This document shows positions 53,311-64,000 of a stretch of 64,000 nt of DNA, one piece after another. This DNA is from Eledone cirrhosa. Taxonomy: Eukaryota. The notes under the pieces are model-generated. The model was not told the DNA's origin, searched no databases, and saw nothing but the letters and a program-made list of their open reading frames with translations. Numbering within the stretch: the stretch's first letter is position 1; each line of letters starts with the position of its first letter. Made by a program: the position numbers and the translations under genes. The DNA lies in the NCBI GenBank assembly GCA_964016885.1, contig OZ024754.1, positions 12,400,001-12,464,000 of the forward strand, read 5' to 3'.

Positions 53311-55203
53311 AATTGCTTCTACTTTTGGCACAAGGCCAGCAATTAACCCCAGTGCATTACTGGTGCTTTATTTTATTGAGCCTGTAAGGATGAAAGGCAA
53401 AGTTAACCCCAGAGTGATTTGAATTCGGAGCATAAAGGGACATAACTTTATGCTGCAAAGCATGGTGTCTAACGCTCTACCGATACTGCCAATCGACCGA
53501 GCACCAGTTGAACCTTATGGAAGAATGAACAGGTTTGTAGGAGTTAAGGGATTTCACTGAATTTAAAATCTCAAAACAAATAGTTCAATAATTGTTTCTA
53601 CTTTTTGGCACAAGGCCAGCAATTACCCAGTACATTACTGGTACTTTATTTTATCGACCCCGTAAGGATGAAAGGCAAAGTCAACCTCGGCGGGATTTGA
53701 ACTCAGATCGTAAAGGGACGTAACTATGCTGGAAAGCATGGCGTCCGACCCTCTACCGATACTGCCAATCCATATGAAATAATTCAGACTCTTCCAACCT
53801 TCCATAACCTTAGAGAAAAAGACATTGTTTACATTTCGTTGCTTCAACCAAGATGGTGCACACACACATATGGTTGGTAAATAAATACCTTTTATGTGTT
53901 ATATATAATTGATTCTGATGATTTCTCTACAAAGGTATTGAAAATAATATTCTTTGGCGATTGAAACATATGTAAATCAAATAAATAATTGTTTCTTCTT
54001 TTGGCACAAGGCCAGCAATTATCCCAGTGTATTACTGGTACTTTATTTTATCGACCCCGTAAGGATGAAAGGCAAAGTTAACCTCGGTGGGATTTGAAAT
54101 CAGACCATAAAGTGGCATAACTCTTTGCTGCAAAGTATGGTGTCCAACCCTCTACCGATACTGCCAACCCAGCGCCGTAAATCAAATGAATAATGTATTA
54201 ATTGTTGAACCATGGTGATCTATTTCTTGCATTTATATATATATATATATATATATGGGAAACCCTATTTACTTTTTCCAAAGCGTGAGAACCCAACGAA
54301 ACTTAAGTACCTGTTTATGTCACTGTTGTAACTATATATATATAGTTACTCAGCTGTAGAAATGAGATGATGGGGAATGGGGTCCCTATCATTCCACTGC
54401 AAAGTGGTCGTGGAGGTGCCACGGCAAAAAAAGCACCCAGCACTCACTGTAAAGGAGGTTGGTGTTAGGAAGGGCATCCAGCTGTAGAAATCAAGCCAGA
54501 ATCACTTCCCGTCCCACCCTTGCAAGCAGGGAAAAGTGGACGTAAAATGAAGATGATGATGATGATATATAGTAATAATAATAAATTTGAAGACTAAAAT
54601 CCAAAGAGGGCTTTGATAAGGATAAATATATATCAAATATATAAGAACCGTAGAGTAAATAGTTATTAAAATAACAGATTAAAGTTTAAGCAAAGAATCG
54701 CTGCTTTCATGCTTTACGGGATCTTCTGAAACTGACAAAGTCAATCTGTAAACGCAGAAGTGGATATATATATAATTCAAAGAAACAACAAACAGAGGTA
54801 CAACATTTCTTATTAGTTTCACGCTTTATATGGAAAAGGGGAAAGAAAGTTTGATGTGTCAGGCTTTAGCCCTTCTTCAGAAGTACAGAAATAGAGACAT
54901 GATCATAAAGGATAAATACAGAAAAAGAAAAAAAAAAATATATATATTGGGTCGTCAAGTATGAAAAAAAAAATTTCTACAAATTTCATACTTGCCGACC
55001 TAATATATATAAAATAATTGTTTCTACTTTAGGCACAAGGCCAGCAAATACCCAGTGCATTACTGGTACTTTATTTTATCGACCCCGTAAGGATGAAAGG
55101 CAAAGTCAACCTCGGCGAGATTTGAACTCAGATCGTAAAGGGAGGTAACTATGCTGGACAGCATGGCGTCCGACCCTCTACCGATACTGCCAATCCACCG
55201 CCC
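53311..55203 (-). mobile_element. Four minus-strand S1 SINEs (53311, 53590, 53987, 55016), an S2 3' part (54346-54565, +) and a family B copy (54570-54767)
   Basis: Consensus matches. Confidence 0.8.
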
Positions 55204-55239
55204 TACTATATATAAAATAATAAATAGTTGATGACTTAC

Positions 55240-55441
55240 CGGAATTCTACATATCCATCAACAAGTGCAATGGAGAAAAAATCTCCCCGAGCATCTGGCT
55301 TCTCAGATGCAAATAGCAGTAATCCATTTGGAGATTCTGGCTTGATTTCCAGGTAAATGCGGAACTGTTTGTAAGCATCACGTAACACAGGGAAAGCCAA
55401 GTAACCTCGGCCATTCAGCTTTGGGTATCTGACAACAATCT
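55240..55441 (-). CDS. EGFLAM: Laminin-G domain exon of a pikachurin (EGFLAM)/agrin-perlecan-like protein
   Basis: ttatcacag|AG..CG|gtaagt; IVVRYPKLNGRGYLAFPVLRDAYKQFRIYLEIKPESPNGLLLFASEKPDARGDFFSIALVDGYVEFR aligns by eye with the start of pikachurin LamG1; orthology is not proven. Confidence 0.75.
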
Positions 55442-55620
55442 CTGTGATAAATTATAAGAAATAAGGATGGAAGAGAAAAGAATAAATATATGAAACATAA
55501 TATAACAAATATTCAGTCATATACAACACACAAAGATATGATGATGATGATGATGGTTATAACATTATTATTATTATTATTATTATTATAACATTATTAT
55601 TATTATTATTATTATTATAA

Positions 55621-56565
55621 GGGCGGTGGATTGGCAGTATTGGTAGAGGGTCGGACGCCATGCTTTCCAGCATAGTTACGTCCCTTTACGGTTTGAGTTC
55701 AAATTCATCCTTACGGGGTCGATAAAATAAAGTACCAGTAATGTACTGGGTAATTGCTGGCCTTGTGCCTAAAGTAGAAACAATTATTAAGCGTGGTAGA
55801 TTGGCAGTATTTATAGAACGTTGGACTACATGCTTTGCAGCATAGAGTTATGGCTCTTTACGTTCTGAGTTCAAATCCCGTAGAGGTTAACTTTGCCTTT
55901 CATCTTTACGGGGGTCAATAAAATAAAATACCAGTAATGCACTGAGATAATTGCTGGCCTTGTGCCAAAAGCAGAAACATAATGGAGGTGGATTGGCAGT
56001 ATCGGTAGAGGGTCGGACGCCATGCTTTGAAGCATAGAGTTACGTCCCTTTATGATCTGAGTTCAAATCGCTCTAAGGTTAACTTTGCCTTTCATCCTTA
56101 CGGGGTCGATAAAATAAAGTACCTCGGTAGATTGGCAGTATCAATAGAACGTTGGACTACATGCTTTGCAGCCGAGAGTTATGGCCCTTTACGTTCTGAG
56201 TTCAAATCCCACCGAGGTTAGCTTTGCCTTTATTGTGGTTGATAAAATAAAGTAGCAGTAACACACTGGGAACGATTTAATCCCTTAGCATTTAAACTGG
56301 CCATAACCAGCCAGAAGTCTCTCACCTCTTACTGTTAAAATAGGCTGTAACTAGCCACTCATACTGATGTTAAGGTATTGTTCTCAAAATAAATAATACA
56401 AAAATCTCATAGATTCGATATTATGTGAGATAATTATGTGAGGTAAAGCCTTTACCATGAAAATACAATAGAAAATATAGAGTAATGTAAATGCTAAAGG
56501 GTTAATCGACTTTCCTCGCCCCTCTCTCCAAAATTGCTGGCCTTGTGCCTAAATCAGAAATCATT
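55621..56565 (+). mobile_element. Cluster of S1 SINEs; the last is interrupted at TTAA by a piggyBac MITE (56281-56501)
   Basis: SINE gatTTAA|MITE|TTAAtcgact, after which the SINE continues. Confidence 0.85.
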
Positions 56566-56624
56566 ATCAATATTATTATTGTTATCATTAGTAAGCAAAT
56601 TGACTGAGATTAGAATAATAATAA

Positions 56625-57780
56625 TATAATGAAATTATTGTGTACAGTGCTCAGGTGCACTACAACTCATCAAAGGTGTATGTATAGTACATAGAATAAT
56701 ATACAAATGTCAGGGAAGTGAATAGTGTATGAGTCATGATACACATGTGTGTATGTGTATGGAGGGGGAACATTAGGTGTAGTGTTGGCAAATCTCGGGA
56801 AGCATGGAGGCCTTAAAGGAAGCAGTGTCTTGACAGCTAACAATTGATGCAGGTAGTTTGTTCCATGGAGGTTTTAAAGGATGCAGTGTCTCGACAGCTA
56901 ACAACTGATGCAGCTAGTTTGTTTCATGGAGGTTTTAAAGGATGCAGTGTCTCGACAGCTAACAACTGATGCAGCTAGTTTGTTTCATGGAGGTTTTAAA
57001 GGATGCAGTGTCTCAACAGCTAACAACTGATGCAGGTAGTTTGTTCCATGGAGGTTTTAAAGGATGCAGTGTCTCGACAGCTAACAACTGATGCAGGTAG
57101 TTTGTTTCATGGAGGTTTTAAAGGATGCAGTGTCTCGACAGCTAACAACTGATGCAGCTAGTTTGTTCCATGGAGGTTTTAAAGGATGCAGTGTCTCGAC
57201 AGCTAACAACTGATGCAGGTAGTTTGTTCCATGGAGGTTTTAAAGGATGCAGTGTCTCGACAGCTAACAACTGATGCAGGTAGTTTGTTCCATGGAGGTT
57301 TTAAAGGATGCAGTGTCTCGACAGCTAACAACTGATGCAGCTAGTTTGTTCCATGGAGGTTTTAAAGGATGCAGTGTCTCAACAGCTAACAACTGATGCA
57401 GGTAGTTTGTTCCATGGAGGTTTTAAAGGATGCAGTGTCTCGACAGCTAACAACTGATGCAGGTAGTTTGTTCCATGGAGGTTTTAAAGGATGCAGTGTC
57501 TCGACAGCTAACAACTGATGCAGGTAGTTTGTTCCATGGAGGTTTTAAAGGATGCAGTGTCTCGACAGCTAACAACTGATGCAGGTAGTTTGTTCCATGC
57601 TTCAGCAACTCTGAGCGTAAAAAAAATGTTTCCGAAAGTCATGGGAACTGTGCTGTTTTCTAACTTTGTGGGCATGCTCACGTGTGTTAGACACATGGAA
57701 ATCAAAAAGGTACTCAGGGTTGCTGTTGGCAAGATGGTTAACAATTTTGTGGGTGTTTACCAAGTCAGTTGCCAGATAGA
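56625..57780 (-). mobile_element. CR1-clade LINE 3' fragment with an internal 61-bp tandem expansion (13 units, 56803-57597)
   Basis: FFTLRVAEAWNKLPASVVSCRDTASFKTSM is a typical CR1 ORF2 C-terminus; a 3' UTR and tail follow. Confidence 0.8.
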
Positions 57781-58429
57781 ATGTCTTGTGGCATTTGTTC
57801 TGGATCTATGCCTGCTCAGTTCAAATCCAGCCGAGGTTAGCTTTGCCTATTGTCCTTACAAGGTCGATAAAATAAAGTACCGGTAATGCATTGGGGTCAA
57901 TTTAATCAAATTTATCCTTCCCTTTAAATAATCAACAGAATGTTTTGTGGTATTTGTTCTCGATCTATGCCTGCTCAGTTCAAATCCCACTGAAGTTTGC
58001 TTTGCCTATCATCCTTACAGGGTTGATAAAATAAAGTACCGGTAACATACTGGGGGTCGATTTAATCAAATTTCACCTTCCCTTCGAATTGCTGGCCTTG
58101 TGCCAAAAAAGGTAGAAATAGTTATCACTATCACCATCAACACTATTTTTATTATCATCATTATGGTATTTTCCGGCTAACGCTATCTATTATCTCTGAC
58201 CTCGTCATCACTCTTCAACTTCATCTTCATCATGATTATCTCTTTCGTCATCATATCATAACATCATCATCATCATCATTATCACTTCAAGATATTATCA
58301 TCATCGGAAAAGATTGAAATGTATGTAAAATAAATAAATAAATAAATAAATAAATAAAAAAAAAAAAAATGAAAAAACAGGCAAAAAAAAAAAAGAAAGA
58401 CATTGTGCAGAAGAAACACACATCACTAC

Positions 58430-58640
58430 TGTCATCATCATCACCATCAACATAATCATAGAAATATTATCTTCATCATTATCATCATCATCATCATAGA
58501 AATATTATCTTCATCATTATCATCATCATCATCATCATAGAAATATTATCTTCATCATTATCATCATCATCATCATAGAAATATCATCATCATCATCAAC
58601 ATAGAAATATTATCACCATCATCATCATCATAGAAATATT

Positions 58641-58673
<33 letters not shown>

Positions 58674-58687
58674 GCAATCATAGAAAT

Positions 58688-58724
<37 letters not shown>

Positions 58725-58736
58725 CCATCATAGAAT

Positions 58737-58774
<38 letters not shown>

Positions 58775-58910
58775 AGAAATATCATCATCATCATCATCAT
58801 AGAAATATTATCATCATCATAGAAATATTATCATCATCATCACCATCATAGAATATCATCATCATCATCATCACCACCATCATAGAAATATCATCATCAT
58901 CATCATCATT
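58430..58910. repeat. (CAT)n with periodic catagaaatatt spacers
   Basis: Direct inspection. Confidence 0.9.
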
Positions 58911-59406
58911 ATATCAGTGGCGTAGTATTATCCTTATAATCATTATGAAATATGACATTGCGACATTATCTGTCATTATCATCATCATCATCAACCTCAC
59001 CATCAACCTCATCATCATCCTTATCATCATCATCGTTATCATCATCACACAGCATCATCACAATCACACACCACCACCACTACCACCACCACCTTCTAGT
59101 CAAACATTCTTGTATATTTTCCTCTCTCTTTCTCTTTGTTTTCCTCTGCTTACCTTCCTTCATATTTGCCCCCCCCCCACACACACATACACACATACAC
59201 ACACACACACACACGGGGGGGGGGGGGGCAAGGCTGTGTGGTTTAGATGACCAATTCAAAACAAGTCCAACCATGGACAATTATCTTAAACTACAGTCAA
59301 AGGTTGACCAATGCTTTGAGAGTGGAATTTGATAGACAGGAACTGTGCAGAAGCCAACATCATCTTTCTTTTCTCTCCCAAACATTCCCTCCTCTCTTTT
59401 TTTCCT

Positions 59407-59440
59407 CTTCTGATGAAAGGCCAGTGTCCAAAACGTTAAG
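59407..59440 (+). ncRNA. Degenerate minimal hammerhead (G12A)
   Basis: CTT-CTGATGA-aaggccagtgtcc-AAAA-CG-TT-AAG. Confidence 0.4.
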
Positions 59441-59879
59441 TAATGATCTAAATAACAGCTTGATAATGAAAAACTTAATTTGGTGCATTGCAACCAGTTT
59501 GTTGAAAGGTGGGGGAGAGAGAGGAGAGCATGGCTCAGGTGAATGGGCTTGTTCTTTGTTTGTGCCTGTAGATTGGAGGAGGGCAACTGGGAGGGGGGGG
59601 GGGACTTACCCTAGTGGTCAGAATGATAGTGGATTTTTGTGGCCTTTTTCTATGTCTGACCCTCAGAAGACCCCCCCCCCCCCCTACCCTACTAACTTCA
59701 CTGCTTTAATTCAACAAACACTCAGTTTCCCTCCTATGATACTTGATCACAACTACATCAAATAAATATGTTTTGTTTTATATTTTGGCCCCAAAAAGAA
59801 TCTTGTGTTTTTATTTTTTATTTAGTTTCTTTTCTCTTATGTGTGTGTGTGTGTGAACACATAAGCATGCTTTCATGTA

Positions 59880-60272
59880 CACACACACTCACACTCAAAG
59901 ATACAGACTCAAACATACACACACATACATACACACACACACACAAATGTACACACTCAAACATACACACATACAGACACACACACATACATACAGGCAC
60001 AAACACATACAGGCACACACACTCACGCAAACACATAGACATACACACACAGACAGACAGACAGACAGACACACACACAAACACACACACAGAAGCACAC
60101 AAACATACATACACACTCTCTCACATACAGATACACACACATGCAGATATACACACCCACACACCCACACCCCCACACACACACACAAACATACACATAT
60201 ACACACACACACTCATCACAGATGCACACACACACACACATATATACATACACATATACATACACACACACA
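59880..60272. repeat. (CA)n-rich tract
   Basis: Direct inspection. Confidence 0.9.
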
Positions 60273-60779
60273 ATCAAACAAGTACATAGAAAAAATTAAC
60301 AACAGATGTTATTGCATAAGTAAATCCCCAAAATGAAATGTTTGCCATCACAGCAGGGCTGGTAATAAAGATGTTGATGATGATGATGATGATGATGACA
60401 GTAATAACAACAATACTAACGATGATAATTTCTATATTTTGCCACAAGCACGATGGATGAGCGGGCCATGATAATTATATTTACCACAGGGGTAACAAAT
60501 ATAGGTCACCCCCACTCCCCCGTCAAAAAACCAGACTGTTAAAACAGTTTTTAATCATATTTATAAATCTTTCAAACAATAAGAAGATATGAGAGATGGT
60601 TACAGATGAACGATATAAGTATCTGAGATTTTAGAAGCTGATGGTATGAAGAAGAGGTTCTGAAACTATTTGGGTCATTGCTCACCCCAAGTCCATGTAG
60701 TACCCTCAGCCTGCCCCCACTCACTCATATTTCCAGAGAGACCTACCTACACACAAATTGTAAATAATATATAATAAAT

Positions 60780-60956
60780 AATTGTTTCTACTTTAGGCAC
60801 ATGGCCAGCAATTAACCAGTGTATTACTGGTACTTTATTTTATCGACCCCGTAAGGATGAAAGGTAAAGTCAATCTCGGCGGGATTTGAACTCAAATCGT
60901 AAAGGGACGTAACTATGCTGGAAAGCATGGCGTCCGACCCTTTACCGATACTGCCC
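60780..60956 (-). mobile_element. S1 SINE with TSD-like atataataaataat
   Basis: Consensus match. Confidence 0.85.
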
Positions 60957-60984
60957 TGATATATAATAAATAATATAATATATA

Positions 60985-61225
60985 CTATGTGTAGTGTTTC
61001 CGTAGGAAAGGTAAAGGAAAAGAGAGTGCTCTATGTAGGTTAGAGAGCTTTTTAGTTATGTAATAAACAACATAAGACAATTATTCCATTTACCAAAGGT
61101 TTCACGAAGACAGCTGAGCCTGGCACAGACGTCTGCCTTCGGTCATCAGAAGTCAGACGTATGTGCCATGCTCGTCTATCTTCGTGAAACCTTTGGTAAA
61201 TGAAATAATTATCTTACATAACTAA
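60985..61225 (-). mobile_element. Family A fold-back element with a hammerhead core (61089-61151)
   Basis: CTGATGA-c-CGAAGGCAG..CTGTCTTCG-t-GAAA-CC(ttt)GG-TA; inverted arms ~61052-61135/61154-61225. Confidence 0.65.
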
Positions 61226-61976
61226 TATATACTATGTATAAATAAATATTATATATTTTTATTTTACTAAATTTATATATAATATGTATCATTTGATATT
61301 TAATATACTATTATATCATCTCTACTGCCCCCCCCACCCCCTTAGGCCCCAGTGCTTCCCTTAACCTCTCAATGTCGCCACCCCCCGGATTCACAATCAT
61401 GAGGTTGCAAATTCAATTCCCAGATCGGGGAGTGTCTTTTATCCTTGAGCAAGACACTTTATTTCATGTTGCTATGTCTGTTGTGACTGGTAGATAGCAT
61501 CAGCAATGGAAAGATAAATGGAAACAAGAACACATTTAGTTAAAAGACTGTTCAATCAGAGCAGACCTCAGGATAAATATATCAACAACATGTCTTAATA
61601 TCACATATTCACCACTTCCAGCATACCATTACACTATTCTGCTCAAATGACATTGATTCCTATTAACAAACCTTTTGGAGGGTATTGGTTGGTTGGGTGG
61701 AGTAGGGAGCTCTTAATTGGGCTTATTTCCATTTATTACTGAACAAAACATTGCAATGGCATAGAGATAGGTAGAAGGAGGTGGGGAAGAACAAGGGGAA
61801 GAGAGAGAGAGATGGAGAGAGATAGACAGAGGGATAGAGAGAGAATGAAATAAAGCAAAAGGAGATAGTTAAATATGGAGATAAATAGAATAACAAGAAA
61901 CAGAGAGAGGGTAGAAATGGATAGAGAGAGAGCAAATAATAGAGATTAATATATATATATTTATATATATATATAT

Positions 61977-62141
61977 GAAAAAGTATGACCCCGATGGCAG
62001 AGCTCAAGCCGTTTCGACGTTGAAACGGCTTGAGCTCTGCCATCGGGGTCATACTTTTTCCTATTTCCCACTCTACTACCCTAAGTATTGAGTACTCTGG
62101 TGCATTATGGTCCATCTGGTTCCTTACCACAATTCCTTTGT

Positions 62142-62143
<2 letters not shown>
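61977..62143 (+). mobile_element. Family C fold-back insert
   Basis: Near-perfect hairpin 61977-62060. Confidence 0.7.
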
Positions 62144-62174
<31 letters not shown>

Positions 62175-62410
62175 GTTTATTTCTCTGCAGCCCTTCTCTG
62201 TCTTTGTGTGTGTGTGTGTGTGTATATATATACTGTAAATGGGGTTAGTGTTAGGAAGGGCATCCAGCCGTAAAAAACCTGCCAGAAACAGTTCTGTATG
62301 AGCGAGACACAGTCTCCCGATCAATCTTGCCTCAAGTGGGACAAACCCGTCCAACTCACGCTAGCGTGGAAGACGGACATTAAATGATGATGATGATGAT
62401 GATGACAATG

Positions 62411-62460
62411 ATATATATATATATATATATATAATATATATATTATATATATATATAATA

Positions 62461-62517
<57 letters not shown>

Positions 62518-62800
62518 GTTATATATATATATTATATATATAATATATATATATTATATATATAATATATATATATATATATTATATATAATATATATAT
62601 ATTATATATATATATTATATATATAATATATATATATATATTATATATATATATATTATATATATAATATATATATATATAATATATATATATTATATAT
62701 ATATATTATATATATATATATAATATATATATTATATATATATATATTATATATATATATATTATATATATATATATTATATATATATATATTATATATA

Positions 62801-62838
<38 letters not shown>

Positions 62839-63010
62839 TAATATATATATTATATATATATATATCTATTATATATATATATATTATATATATATATATT
62901 ATATATATATATATTATATATATATATTATATATATATATATTATATATATATATATTATATATATATATATTATATATATATATATTATATATATATAT
63001 ATATTACATA

Positions 63011-63045
<35 letters not shown>

Positions 63046-63230
63046 TATATATATATATATTATATATATATTATATATATAATATATAATATATATATAA
63101 TATATATATATAATATATATATATATAATATATATATATAATATATATATATATAATATATATATATATAATATATATATATATATAATATATAATATAT
63201 ATATAATATATATATAATATATAATATATG

Positions 63231-63268
<38 letters not shown>

Positions 63269-63323
63269 TATATAATATATATATATAATATATATATATA
63301 TATAATATATATATGATATATAT

Positions 63324-63376
<53 letters not shown>

Positions 63377-63404
63377 TATATATAATATATATATATATTA
63401 TATA

Positions 63405-63447
<43 letters not shown>
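62411..63447. repeat. ~1-kb (TA)n microsatellite
   Basis: Direct inspection. Confidence 0.95.
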
Positions 63448-63455
<8 letters not shown>

Positions 63456-63826
63456 TACATTGAGAGATGGGGAGAGATAAAGCGAAATGCAGATAGAGGT
63501 AGAGGGAGAAAGTGAGGGGAGGGAGAGAGAGAGATTCATAAAAGTGAGGGAAGGAGAAGAACAGACAGAAAGAGGAAGGAAAAAGGAAAGAAGGATAGAA
63601 GTATTGATAAAAAAGAAAGAATTATTCTCCAAATGTTGGGAAGAATGATAGTAATGAACATAAAAACATTGGAAATGAAAAGAGAGAGAAAACATTGAAG
63701 AGTTTGAGGAGAAGGAGAAGAGCGACATAGAGCAAGAGAGATAATTCAAATGGTTGATGTTTGTATGTATAAATCTACTTATCTATATATATATATATTG
63801 ATGGATATATATATATATATTGATGG

Positions 63827-63867
<41 letters not shown>

Positions 63868-63967
63868 GATATGTATATATACATATATATCGATAGATAT
63901 ATACATGTATATATATATAAGCATACACACACACCAACATATATATATGTATAGACATCATATATAC

Positions 63968-64000
<33 letters not shown>

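Noticed and set aside
61612-61658. Possible minus-strand exon ESMSFEQNSVMVCWK
   Set aside because: Could not be linked in phase to either gene model

Overview
This is eukaryotic, AT-rich, repeat-saturated intronic DNA, probably from an octopod cephalopod (inferred from the SINE families and microsatellite load). Nearly all long ORFs in the supplied track are translations of micro- or minisatellites. Real coding content is (i) one laminin-G exon of a pikachurin/EGFLAM-like gene (55240-55441, - strand), (ii) a phase-consistent chain of 11 short minus-strand exons (52490 to <1) spelling an unidentified membrane protein, and (iii) transposon remnants: a Penelope-like element (RT + GIY-YIG), a deleted Helitron, and RTE, CR1, R4-like and Tx1-like LINE fragments, plus many tRNA-derived SINEs and nested MITEs. 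The most notable hidden signal is about ten type-I hammerhead ribozyme motifs from at least six unrelated Penelope-type families. Most sit in short, often fold-back (palindromic) inserts within (TA)n tracts. They include two independent families with a compensatory U3-A8 core, one with a ~115-nt stem II, and a ~350-bp palindrome with a ribozyme on each strand. Four large satellites visibly arose from internal segments of SINEs or LINEs. All structures were folded by eye; none was verified computationally or experimentally.
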